Origin: a virus
Taxonomy: Duplodnaviria > Caudoviricetes
Length of the DNA stretch: 64,000 bases
Strand: one strand, 5' to 3'
IMG/VR virus record: IMGVR_UViG_3300034071_001210
Location: 43,893-107,892 of that record
Shown here: positions 31,125 through 39,014 of the stretch, piece by piece
Numbering within the stretch: position 1 is the stretch's first letter
Layout of the letters: every line of letters begins with the position of its first letter
Program-made: the position numbers and the translations under genes
Notes under the pieces: generated by a model
The model's input: the letters and a program-made list of their open reading frames with translations, nothing else
Told to the model about the DNA's origin: nothing
The model's database searches: none

Positions 31125-31322
31125 ATGCTCAAGATGATTATCGATGGTGGCTACCAAATGGTTTATGACGCTCAAGGATTGTGGGCTACCCTTGCTCACG
31201 GGTACACGATTGCCCCGGGACAAGAGTTGCAGTTTGCAGAACTCTTTCACTCCGGTACGGACGAGGAACGATTGCTGATCCGCAACAACTTGCTTCACCA
31301 GAAGCAGATGGAACTAATCTAA
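31125..31322 (+). CDS. Hypothetical protein
   Basis: GAAAGG RBS. Confidence 0.7.
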   Translation: MLKMIIDGGYQMVYDAQGLWATLAHGYTIAPGQELQFAELFHSGTDEERLLIRNNLLHQKQMELI

Positions 31323-31377
31323 CGAGGTGGTGCTCGAGACAAGATCCACGCCCCTTCGGGGGCGTGGATCTCATTGA

Positions 31378-31419
31378 TCTACTATCAGCACAGCCCTCTG
31401 GGGCTGTGCTGATAGTTGT
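31378..31419. repeat. ACTATCAG hairpin element H1
   Basis: 16-bp perfect stem 31381-31416 with TCT/TGT flanks. Confidence 0.9.
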
Positions 31420-31478
31420 GGTGGACGGTATGGATGCCGCCGATAACAAGAATATGAAATAAATTGTACACCCTACCC

Positions 31479-31511
31479 TGCAGTCACGACAATATCGCTT
31501 ACAATACGCCC
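31479..31511 (+). promoter_or_regulatory. Cassette promoter P6
   Basis: Consensus motif; ATG at 31512. Confidence 0.85.
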
Positions 31512-31964
31512 ATGCTCTGCACCACTTTCAACAGCGTCTTTGACCTCTTCGCCTCTAACTTCCGTTTCGCCGAGTGCCTGCGTTCCCCCCTCAAGACTGA
31601 GGTCGTGGATGAATTCACGATCCGCAACCGTTCCAACTACACTCGTGTTGAGTGTGGCAATACTTGGGGTTGGGTTGCAGACCTGAATGTCGGTGGCTTG
31701 CGTATCGCTCACACGAACGGATCGAACATGGCTGATGTGTCCACCCGTTCGCTCGATACCGATCACCAAGTGCGTTGCTCATATACTGCGGACGAACTCC
31801 GCAAGATGGCGTACACGATGTTGGCTGCGGCTAACCACATCGACACTCGCGATTCGGAGAAGAATCAACTACTTCGCCGTCCGAACGGTCAACCGCTCCG
31901 TAAGGAGTTCGTATCGTCCCCCGACTTTGACGAATACCTGAAGTACGAACTGAAGGCAGTCTGA
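31512..31964 (+). CDS. Leaderless early hypothetical protein
   Basis: Start set by P6. Confidence 0.75.
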   Translation: MLCTTFNSVFDLFASNFRFAECLRSPLKTEVVDEFTIRNRSNYTRVECGNTWGWVADLNVGGLRIAHTNGSNMADVSTRSLDTDHQVRCSYTADELRKMAYTMLAAANHIDTRDSEKNQLLRRPNGQPLRKEFVSSPDFDEYLKYELKAV

Positions 31965-32017
31965 ACCCTGGAAGGGAGGGACTAGAAAGAAATGAATAAT
32001 TTCTAGTCCCCCCCGTT

Positions 32018-32050
32018 TGCAGTCACGACAAACTAAGGTACAATACGCAC
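32018..32050 (+). promoter_or_regulatory. Cassette promoter P7
   Basis: Consensus motif; ATG at 32051. Confidence 0.85.
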
Positions 32051-32188
32051 ATGGCAGAGAACACCACCAAACCGGATGAAACCCCCCGCAAACCAATTCG
32101 CTGCAACGAAGGCACAGCCCGGGAAGCACGGCTGCGCGACTGCATTCGACTGCTCACCCCAATGAAAGTTCGCAAGGTATCGACATGA
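32051..32188 (+). CDS. 45-aa leaderless protein (absent from ORF track)
   Basis: MAENTTKPDETPRKPIRC...; ATGA overlap with next ORF. Confidence 0.7.
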   Translation: MAENTTKPDETPRKPIRCNEGTAREARLRDCIRLLTPMKVRKVST

Positions 32189-32421
32189 ACAGCACCCTCG
32201 AAATTACCCGGATCCGAAAGACAACCCGGACAATTGAACTGAACCCCAAAGAAATCGCCATCCTCCAGGATATGATCTTTCGCAGGAAGGTAGAGACAAG
32301 ATTGGAAATGAACGGTTACACCTACCGTGATGAATACGGTTCAGACTTTCAAATCGAAGCGGACTTCTACTATAAAGCGTTGGGATTTCTTCAGACCAAA
32401 CTTGACAACCTCACCAAGTAA
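32185..32421 (+). CDS. Hypothetical protein
   Basis: Translationally coupled ORF. Confidence 0.7.
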   Translation: MNSTLEITRIRKTTRTIELNPKEIAILQDMIFRRKVETRLEMNGYTYRDEYGSDFQIEADFYYKALGFLQTKLDNLTK

Positions 32422-32436
32422 AGGTAGACTACCAAC

Positions 32437-32700
32437 ATGAAACACGTTCCCAAGTCTCTGCTGTATGCTCAAGTGGACAACATCAACGCCGTATTGCAGA
32501 CCAAGCCCGGTAACCGATTAGTTCTGCAACACGCCTTCGGCGGGTTTCAGTTGCAGCAAGAGGTTATGTACCCTCCGTCATGTAGTGTAGGATTCATTTC
32601 AATCTCGACCGACTATGTGAGCAAGCGTGAAATGAACGATTATCTGAACGCACTTGTGGTGGGCATGGCACTCCGTGCTAACCAAGTGCAACCGATCTAA
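32437..32700 (+). CDS. Hypothetical protein
   Basis: AAGG RBS; LQHAFGGFQL. Confidence 0.7.
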   Translation: MKHVPKSLLYAQVDNINAVLQTKPGNRLVLQHAFGGFQLQQEVMYPPSCSVGFISISTDYVSKREMNDYLNALVVGMALRANQVQPI

Positions 32701-32771
32701 CGAGGTGGTGCTCGCAACAACTGAAGAGGATTCGTCCCTGCCCACCCTTCGGGGTGGGCTAGGTTGTTATA

Positions 32772-32810
32772 TCTACTATCAGATTTGGCCCCCCCAAATC
32801 TGATAGTTGT
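32772..32810. repeat. ACTATCAG hairpin element H2
   Basis: 14-bp stem 32775-32807, CCCCC loop. Confidence 0.9.
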
Positions 32811-32828
32811 GGATGGGACGGGACGGCC

Positions 32829-32848
32829 TGTGGATAACTTGTGGATAA
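32829..32848 (-). promoter_or_regulatory. Two tandem perfect DnaA boxes
   Basis: TGTGGATAA (= TTATCCACA) at 32829-32837 and 32840-32848. Confidence 0.55.
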
Positions 32849-32877
32849 GTATTTCAAATAATTTTATGCTCACTTGC

Positions 32878-32910
32878 TGCAGTCACGACAATATCGCTTA
32901 CAATACCGAC
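32878..32910 (+). promoter_or_regulatory. Cassette promoter P8
   Basis: Consensus motif; ATG at 32911. Confidence 0.85.
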
Positions 32911-33495
32911 ATGAACACCACCACCACCACCAACGTCCGAAACCGAGCCTACTACGCCGCAGAGAATGCTATCCTCAACTGCCGTGCTACTATGAACTTC
33001 CGCTCTCTTGCCGAGTGTGCTACGCCCGATGTCCGTGCTGCTGCCGAGACATGGTACGCCGAGGCGGGTCAGTTTGCTCGAGACCTCCCGCGTCACGATT
33101 GGTCATTCGAAACTGCCTGCGCTGTAGTCGCGGCATTCTCGCCTCGGATCCGATGGGATCAGAATAAGCGTAAGGCGTTCCAATACGCTCATGGCATCAT
33201 GCCAAAGGGTCTGCGCTCCCATATTGCCGCCGCAGACCGATGCGTAGCCAAAGGATTCGATGGCTTGGATGGTCTGAAGACAAACGCCTTTGCCCGGGCT
33301 ATTGCCGGGGATCTGAATGCGGTCGTGATCGACATTTGGATGTGTCGGGCTGCGGGGCTCGGTAAGGATTCGCTGACAACCGGACAGTACCGTGCAATTT
33401 CCGATGCCGTGCGAACGGTAGCCCGGGAGCACAACATGGCTCCCGCCGTTATGCAGGCACTGATTTGGATCGTGGTCAGGGGGAAGGCACAATGA
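32911..33495 (+). CDS. Conserved phage protein, possibly HhH DNA-glycosylase-like fold
   Basis: WY, AAFSPR..W..N, GLKTNAF, VVIDIWM, MQALIW motifs. Confidence 0.6.
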   Translation: MNTTTTTNVRNRAYYAAENAILNCRATMNFRSLAECATPDVRAAAETWYAEAGQFARDLPRHDWSFETACAVVAAFSPRIRWDQNKRKAFQYAHGIMPKGLRSHIAAADRCVAKGFDGLDGLKTNAFARAIAGDLNAVVIDIWMCRAAGLGKDSLTTGQYRAISDAVRTVAREHNMAPAVMQALIWIVVRGKAQ

Positions 33496-33629
33496 ACCAC
33501 CGCCCCGGCAAATTCGTCCACGATGCCTTTCGCGAAGGGATTCGCCTGCGCTCCAAAACCTGGGGCAAGAAAACGCGGGATCCCCGGAAGGCTCGGAGGG
33601 ACGGGAAACAGGAACTCCGTTCAATCTAA
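33492..33629 (+). CDS. Small basic protein (45 aa)
   Basis: ATGA overlap; MNHRPGKFVHDAFREG. Confidence 0.55.
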   Translation: MNHRPGKFVHDAFREGIRLRSKTWGKKTRDPRKARRDGKQELRSI

Positions 33630-33662
33630 CAATATCACCGGAAACGGTGATATTTTTTATTA

Positions 33663-33703
33663 TCTACTATCAGGATTTGGCCCATCTAAATCCTGATAGT
33701 TGT
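33663..33703. repeat. ACTATCAG hairpin element H3
   Basis: 13-bp stem plus G-T/G-C pairs, 33666-33700. Confidence 0.9.
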
Positions 33704-33762
33704 CCAGGACGGGATGGACTTGACCGATAATAATAATATGAAATAATTTGTACACCCTGTGC

Positions 33763-33795
33763 TGCAGTCACGACAATTTGTATTACAATACCGAC
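33763..33795 (+). promoter_or_regulatory. Cassette promoter P9
   Basis: Consensus motif; ATG at 33796. Confidence 0.85.
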
Positions 33796-34191
33796 ATGAA
33801 GAACGCCACCTCCATCATCTCCGTCCTCCTCATTCCCGCAGACCTCACCAAGCCATGCAGCATGGTCAACATCCGTAAGGGTGACTACGCTCTGATCGAT
33901 ATGTACAAGTGGATGGACTGCGACTATGTGCAACGCCTCGAAACTCCCAAGAAGAACATGATTCTGTGGGTTGACGAAGAGGGAAGCATCGAGTCGCTCA
34001 AGCGCAAGCCTGTACTCAATGTTCGCGGCAGTATTCTTGCCGGACAGCCAATCATGGGCAACGTGATTCTTGCCGGACAAGATTCCCTGTACGGTGTTGA
34101 CGGTATCGAGTTTGGTACCGTCAAGGAAATGATCAAGCGTCTTGAGAACAGCGCACAGCAAGTGATTGCCGAACATCCTTCCCTGAAATAA
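33796..34191 (+). CDS. DUF3846-like protein
   Basis: LWVDEEG, LNVRGS, IMGNVIL motifs. Confidence 0.7.
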   Translation: MKNATSIISVLLIPADLTKPCSMVNIRKGDYALIDMYKWMDCDYVQRLETPKKNMILWVDEEGSIESLKRKPVLNVRGSILAGQPIMGNVILAGQDSLYGVDGIEFGTVKEMIKRLENSAQQVIAEHPSLK

Positions 34192-34263
34192 TGAGGTGGT
34201 GCTCAGGGGGATGGGATTCGTTCCCATCCCCTACCGCCCTCAAATAAATCTTTCTTTCTTCTG

Positions 34264-34296
34264 TGCAGTCACAACAAACCCAGGTATAATACTCAT
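34264..34296 (+). promoter_or_regulatory. Cassette promoter P10
   Basis: Consensus motif; ATG at 34297. Confidence 0.85.
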
Positions 34297-34596
34297 ATGA
34301 CAATGACAACCACCGACATCTCTGAACTTCGTACTCTCCTCTCAGGAGGATATGTCGTAAATGTTTCCTTCACAAAGAAGGACAGGACAATACGCGAAGC
34401 CCAGATCACTCGTAACCTGCGATTGATGCCGATGACATCTCATCCAAAGAATGTTCGTAAGGTGGATCCGAAATACATCTTCGCGTTTGATATTGATAAG
34501 CAAGATTGGATTTGCTTTCACGAATCACAGTTCGTTTCATTGTCTCATCCTTGGCGCTTGGAGAACGAACAACTAGCATTATGCCAGGGGGCTTGA
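34297..34596 (+). CDS. WYL_2/SH3-barrel protein
   Basis: VSFTKKDRTIREAQITRN...FDIDKQDWICF. Confidence 0.75.
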   Translation: MTMTTTDISELRTLLSGGYVVNVSFTKKDRTIREAQITRNLRLMPMTSHPKNVRKVDPKYIFAFDIDKQDWICFHESQFVSLSHPWRLENEQLALCQGA

Positions 34597-34706
34597 TCAG
34601 CCCTATAACCGCCATCGGTGCAACGAGAAGCGGCAGTATGAGAGTCTCAATAGAGTCCTGGGCTTATACTAATAGCCACCCTTCTTTAAGGGTGGTTATT
34701 TTATTA

Positions 34707-34748
34707 TCTACTATCAGGAAGTCGCCCCCTCGACTTCCTGATAGTTGT
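34707..34748. repeat. ACTATCAG hairpin element H4
   Basis: 15-bp perfect stem 34710-34745. Confidence 0.9.
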
Positions 34749-34803
34749 GGACGGCATGGACGGTACCGATAACAAGAATATAAAATAATTTGATATACCT
34801 GTT

Positions 34804-34836
34804 TGCAGTCACGACAGGATCGTATACAATACCGTC
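34804..34836 (+). promoter_or_regulatory. Cassette promoter P11
   Basis: Consensus motif; ATG at 34837. Confidence 0.85.
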
Positions 34837-35028
34837 ATGACCACACCCGAACCTTATAACACCGTTGAAGACTTCATGGATACCGATGAACCCACCGAGG
34901 CTGAAATGATTGCCGAACTGATGGAGGAAGGCTACACACAGGACGAAGCCAAGCGTATGATCGGTGACGAGTACGATGCCGATGATGAAGACTCCTACGA
35001 GCCACTCGAAGACGAGGATTCAGAATGA
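34837..35028 (+). CDS. Very acidic small protein (possible DNA mimic)
   Basis: 63 aa, D/E-rich, leaderless. Confidence 0.7.
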   Translation: MTTPEPYNTVEDFMDTDEPTEAEMIAELMEEGYTQDEAKRMIGDEYDADDEDSYEPLEDEDSE

Positions 35029-35339
35029 GTTACAAGATGACCATCCATATGAAGAAAGCCAGGGCAAGCCCCTTTGAGAAGACCTTTGAAAGACGAGCAG
35101 AGAGAATGCTCGCTCTTGTGATGCGTACTCTTGTCAGAGTAGACTTTGGTGACAAGGATGTAGGAATCTTTATTGAGAACTGCCCTATGGTTAACATCCC
35201 GATGGGATTTCTAAAGTTTGATGACAAGCGTTGGACGGGAAAAGAAATTGCTCAGTTTTGCAAATATATTGATCTTTCTTCTGAGTTTGGCGTTAATGTC
35301 ACCTTCCTCGACCCCGAACCTGTTACAATACCAACATGA
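35025..35339 (+). CDS. Hypothetical protein
   Basis: ATGA-coupled. Confidence 0.7.
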   Translation: MSYKMTIHMKKARASPFEKTFERRAERMLALVMRTLVRVDFGDKDVGIFIENCPMVNIPMGFLKFDDKRWTGKEIAQFCKYIDLSSEFGVNVTFLDPEPVTIPT

Positions 35340-35554
35340 TCCCATCCACCACCAACATCTCCGACCTGATTGAAACCATTCGCAAGTTTGTCGATGAGAC
35401 TCCGGATTGGATGGAGAGCGACAAATATGTTGCTAGGCTTGGAGTTGCATACCACATTCTCACAACAATGTCTGACCCGGATATGGTCACAGACGAAGAG
35501 TACGAGTTCATCATCGCCATTCACAACACCATCAAGGAACGGAACGCACAATGA
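35336..35554 (+). CDS. Hypothetical protein
   Basis: ATGA-coupled. Confidence 0.7.
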   Translation: MIPSTTNISDLIETIRKFVDETPDWMESDKYVARLGVAYHILTTMSDPDMVTDEEYEFIIAIHNTIKERNAQ

Positions 35555-35895
35555 GTACAAACAAGTTTGAAGGATTCTTCGAGAGTGACAACCACCCCGC
35601 CATGAAGATGGTTGTTCCAACACCATCACAGATCATTGAGACTCTGATGATGATCTGCGGACAGAATCATCAGTTCTACAAGGATGCAAGCATTCGCCTT
35701 ATCATCTGTGGTGGACTTGATGTTGTCGAGAAGCACATCATCAAGGCTCGTGATGAAGGACGGGATCCCGGCATTCATGTTGGCTACGCAGCCTTTATGA
35801 TGCTTCTTGCGGATCGCATGGTGGATTCGTATGATGACTACGCAGGTGACAAAGAACGCGAACTGTTTCCTCTTCAGTATGATGAGGATGAATGA
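35551..35895 (+). CDS. Hypothetical protein
   Basis: ATGA-coupled. Confidence 0.7.
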   Translation: MSTNKFEGFFESDNHPAMKMVVPTPSQIIETLMMICGQNHQFYKDASIRLIICGGLDVVEKHIIKARDEGRDPGIHVGYAAFMMLLADRMVDSYDDYAGDKERELFPLQYDEDE

Positions 35896-36054
35896 TTTCA
35901 ATACACAGCCTCACATAAGTCAGTTAAATTAGAGCGCAGTAGATGCTTCGAAATTACGACTGCCGTGGGGCAACCGTAGCAGCCAATTTCCTGGCTTGCC
36001 GTATGAAAAAAGGTATGCGGGTGGAGACCCGGCTACAACAGGGTCTCCAAGTTT

Positions 36055-36127
36055 GGGAACGTAGCGCAGTTGGTAGCGCAAATGACTTTTAATCATTTGG
36101 TCGTGGGTTCGAGCCCCACCGTTCCCA
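36055..36127 (+). tRNA. tRNA-Lys(UUU)
   Basis: Cloverleaf GGGAACG/CGTTCCC, anticodon loop CTTTTAA, TTCGA T-loop. Confidence 0.93.
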
Positions 36128-36137
36128 CTAAGGAGAT

Positions 36138-36383
36138 ATGATGAAAACGGCAGAAATTAAAACCTTGCAGAAGACATTGAAAGCCATCAAAGACAATGAC
36201 GTTAAAGATGCTGTTCACTATATGATTAAGTTTCTACATGAACACGGTCATGCAGTTGCCATCTTCACGCCAGAGGAAATGGTTGAAACTACAGCCACAG
36301 ATGAGGAGATTGAAGAGTCGATGATTACTGCTGGGTTTATGACAATGGATTGCTTTAAGATCAACAAAGAAGAAGACGAATAA
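36138..36383 (+). CDS. Hypothetical protein
   Basis: AAGGAG RBS. Confidence 0.7.
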   Translation: MMKTAEIKTLQKTLKAIKDNDVKDAVHYMIKFLHEHGHAVAIFTPEEMVETTATDEEIEESMITAGFMTMDCFKINKEEDE

Positions 36384-36392
36384 GGAAACATC

Positions 36393-36689
36393 ATGACAGA
36401 TCGAGATCATTGTATGGAAGTCGTGAAGGCGTATGACAAAGTAACCATCGTGATGGATTGCATCATGGAGCATTGGTTAGAAGGCAACTGCAATCCACCC
36501 AAGGAACTGATCGATGAGTACTTCGAGACAAAGGATGCAGCCCTTCAGGCGTTGTATAATGACTTCGAGAACATCAAAGCGAATCAAGTCTTTGCTGAAC
36601 GAACTCGTGGTATGAACAGAGCATTTTATAAAAAAATTGATAAACAATTTGGAGTAACTGAAACGCCCATGTTGTTTGAAGAGGATTGA
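36393..36689 (+). CDS. Hypothetical protein
   Basis: AAGGA RBS. Confidence 0.7.
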   Translation: MTDRDHCMEVVKAYDKVTIVMDCIMEHWLEGNCNPPKELIDEYFETKDAALQALYNDFENIKANQVFAERTRGMNRAFYKKIDKQFGVTETPMLFEED

Positions 36690-36694
36690 TTTAC

Positions 36695-36767
36695 GGCACG
36701 GTAGTCCAAAGGCAGAGACAAACGACTTAAAATCGTTCAAGTGTGGGTTCGACTCCCACTCGTGCTA
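36695..36767 (+). tRNA. tRNA-Leu(UAA), short variable arm
   Basis: GGCACGG/TCGTGCT acceptor, AACGA-CTTAAAA-TCGTT. Confidence 0.88.
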
Positions 36768-36772
36768 CATCT

Positions 36773-36846
36773 ATTCCCGTAACTCAGTTGGATAGAGTAA
36801 CAGATTTCTAATCTGTAGGTCGTTGGTTCGAATCCAACCGGGAATG
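36773..36846 (+). tRNA. tRNA-Arg(UCU)
   Basis: ATTCCCG/CGGGAAT acceptor, ACAGA-TTTCTAA-TCTGT. Confidence 0.92.
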
Positions 36847-36977
36847 CTTGACTTGATTGAAAGGAGAGACATAATGTATTCAATACCATATTTTATGTTT
36901 GACGGTGTTCATAAAACCGTATAGCGGTAACCTACGGTTGCACGGACAAAGAGGCATCCGTATGAAGGCTTCATTAC

Positions 36978-37052
36978 AGAAGGGTGGCTGAAATTAGATA
37001 TAGCGCACACCTTATAAGTGTGAGTATATGGGTGCAATTCCCATCCCTTCTA
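36978..37052 (+). tRNA. tRNA-Ile(UAU), non-canonical T-loop
   Basis: AGAAGGG/CCCTTCT acceptor, CACAC-CTTATAA-GTGTG, T-loop TGCAATT. Confidence 0.8.
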
Positions 37053-37054
37053 TT

Positions 37055-37366
37055 ATGAAAACTATTAAAACTCATATTCCCCAATTTCACTTTGAACCAT
37101 TACTAATGATGTCTTGGCAAGTAGACCATGATGTGATCCATTTCAAGATGGAAGATGCTTTTGACATTGAAGAAATTGATCTTCGTTTAGTCGTTGGTCT
37201 TACTGATGATGGGATGCCTTCTGTTGATGAAGATGACATCATTGAGGCTGTTGCTGAATCCGTTTACGGTCATGAGTATGAGGTGTATCCGTACAAGGCA
37301 ATTCGTTTTCTGAAAAACGATTTGATTCCATATATAAACGAACATTTTCCAAAACCCATTTCATAA
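37055..37366 (+). CDS. Acidic hypothetical protein
   Basis: ATG directly after tRNA-Ile. Confidence 0.65.
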   Translation: MKTIKTHIPQFHFEPLLMMSWQVDHDVIHFKMEDAFDIEEIDLRLVVGLTDDGMPSVDEDDIIEAVAESVYGHEYEVYPYKAIRFLKNDLIPYINEHFPKPIS

Positions 37367-37466
37367 GTTCCTGCCCGTGAGAGTCGTCTGGGTCATACCA
37401 TCTTAATCTTCTTTAAGATTAAGATAACATGGGATATGACGCTCCTACACGGGCAGGAACTTTTTT
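37365..37466 (+). terminator. Long (~100 nt) hairpin followed by U-tract
   Basis: AAGTTCCTGCCCGTG/CACGGGCAGGAACTT outer stem, ATCTTAATCTT/AAGATTAAGAT inner stem. Confidence 0.65.
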
Positions 37467-37474
37467 ATTAATAA

Positions 37475-37516
37475 TCTACTATCAGGAGTTCCTTTATTGG
37501 AACTCCTGATAGTTGT
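37475..37516. repeat. ACTATCAG hairpin element H5
   Basis: 15-bp perfect stem 37478-37513. Confidence 0.9.
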
Positions 37517-37573
37517 GGATGGGACAGGACGTGACCGATAATAATAATGTCAAATATTTGCTCAACCCAATCT

Positions 37574-37606
37574 TGCAGTCACAACATTTGCGGTTACAAT
37601 GTACAT
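37574..37606 (+). promoter_or_regulatory. Cassette promoter P12
   Basis: Consensus motif; ATG at 37607. Confidence 0.85.
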
Positions 37607-38551
37607 ATGAACAGCGACAACTACAATTTCTTATCGTCTGATGTCTCCCTCGTCCCTGCCAAGAACGACACCTTCGTTCCGTGGGGTCACTTCGAGGACA
37701 TCGCAACCATCCTCGCCTCCAAGCACTTTGCTCCCGTGTACATCACGGGTATGTCGGGCAACGGCAAGACCACTATGGTCGAGCAGATCTGTGCGTCTGC
37801 CGGACGCGAGATCATTCGCGTCAACATCACCGCCGAGACTGATGAAGATGACCTCATCGGTGGATTTCGTCTTATCAACGGTGAAACCAAGTTCGTGTTC
37901 GGTGGCGTGATTCAAGCCATGCAGCGTGGAGCGATTCTGCTCTTGGATGAGATCGACCTTGGTTCGGAGCGCATGATGTGCTTGCAGCCTGTGCTTGAAG
38001 GCAAGGGCATCTATGTGAAGAAGATCAGTCAGTATGTGCGTCCTGCTGCCGGGTTCAACATTGTTGCTACTGCCAACACCAAGGGCAAGGGCGAGTCTGA
38101 TCGGTTTGTCGGTACTCGTGTTATGAACGAAGCGTACCTTGATCGGTTCTCGTATTGGTTCGAGCAGGACTACGCGGACAAGACCATCGAAGCCCGTATC
38201 ATCATTCGCAAGATGGGTGCATTCGGCAAGGTGGACAAGGAGTTTGCTCAGTACCTCACGAAGTGGGCGGATACAATTCGTCTTGGCTTCAAGGAAGGTG
38301 GACTCGATGACATTATCACGACTCGCCGACTCGAAGAGATCTGCAAGGCATTCGCCATCTTCGGCAACAAGGAGAAGGCAATCAAGTTGACTCTGACGCG
38401 ATTCGATGCGTCAACCAAGGAGGCGTTCTACAATTTGTACACGAAGATCGACCCAACAATTCTGCCCGTGCCTGAAGGCATGGACAAGCCAATTCAGTAT
38501 GCAGGACAGCAGCCTGTTGCTCCGGACACTAACTACGCCGTTAACGCCTAA
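37607..38551 (+). CDS. MoxR/CobS-like AAA+ ATPase
   Basis: GMSGNGKT Walker A, LLLDEID Walker B, ATANTKGKG, NEAYLDRF, ITTRRL. Confidence 0.92.
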   Translation: MNSDNYNFLSSDVSLVPAKNDTFVPWGHFEDIATILASKHFAPVYITGMSGNGKTTMVEQICASAGREIIRVNITAETDEDDLIGGFRLINGETKFVFGGVIQAMQRGAILLLDEIDLGSERMMCLQPVLEGKGIYVKKISQYVRPAAGFNIVATANTKGKGESDRFVGTRVMNEAYLDRFSYWFEQDYADKTIEARIIIRKMGAFGKVDKEFAQYLTKWADTIRLGFKEGGLDDIITTRRLEEICKAFAIFGNKEKAIKLTLTRFDASTKEAFYNLYTKIDPTILPVPEGMDKPIQYAGQQPVAPDTNYAVNA

Positions 38552-38569
38552 CCGAAAGAGGACACTACC

Positions 38570-38848
38570 ATGCCATATCTTAACAAGCGCAATCGTTTCA
38601 TCGCAGCCGCAAAGCAGTACGCCGAGGATCACAAGAAGAATAATTTCTTCTTCACCAAGGACGAACTCAGGACAATCGCTTCTTCCATCAACATGAAAGG
38701 CGCACCAACCTGGGTGTTGAATGAATGCAAATGTGATGTTCGTACTCTTGCTCACAGCAAGAAGTGCTACGACATGAGTGCTTTGATTCAGCCTGTTTCA
38801 GTTCCCGTGATGGTTCCAAGTATTGTGGTTCACCCAGTCTCAGTCTGA
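38570..38848 (+). CDS. Hypothetical protein
   Basis: GAGG RBS; lies between AAA and VWA genes. Confidence 0.7.
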   Translation: MPYLNKRNRFIAAAKQYAEDHKKNNFFFTKDELRTIASSINMKGAPTWVLNECKCDVRTLAHSKKCYDMSALIQPVSVPVMVPSIVVHPVSV

Positions 38849-38914
38849 CGCTGTTTGTAGTGTTTAATGTGACATAGACACGACCTCTCCCACTCGTTGT
38901 GGGTGAGGTTGCTG

Positions 38915-38955
38915 TCTACTATCAGGATTCGGCCCCTCTGAATCCTGATAGTTGT
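38915..38955. repeat. ACTATCAG hairpin element H6
   Basis: 13-bp stem plus G-T/G-C pairs, 38918-38952. Confidence 0.9.
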
Positions 38956-39014
38956 GAAGGACAGGATGGGACTGGCTGATAATAATAATATGAAATAATT
39001 TGGTGGGTATGGTT

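Noticed and set aside
31405-31460. Hammerhead ribozyme (CTGAT...GAAA)
   Set aside because: Core is CTGATAG, not CUGANGA, and it is sequestered in the stem
34597-34672. tRNA-like or ncRNA element after ORF 34297
   Set aside because: Only two weak hairpins and no cloverleaf; not enough support
31314-38555. Integron attC sites (ATCTAAC/GCCTAAC at gene ends match RYYYAAC)
   Set aside because: No matching GTTRRRY with attC-type pairing, one case is followed directly by an RBS, cassettes have their own promoters, and no integrase is visible
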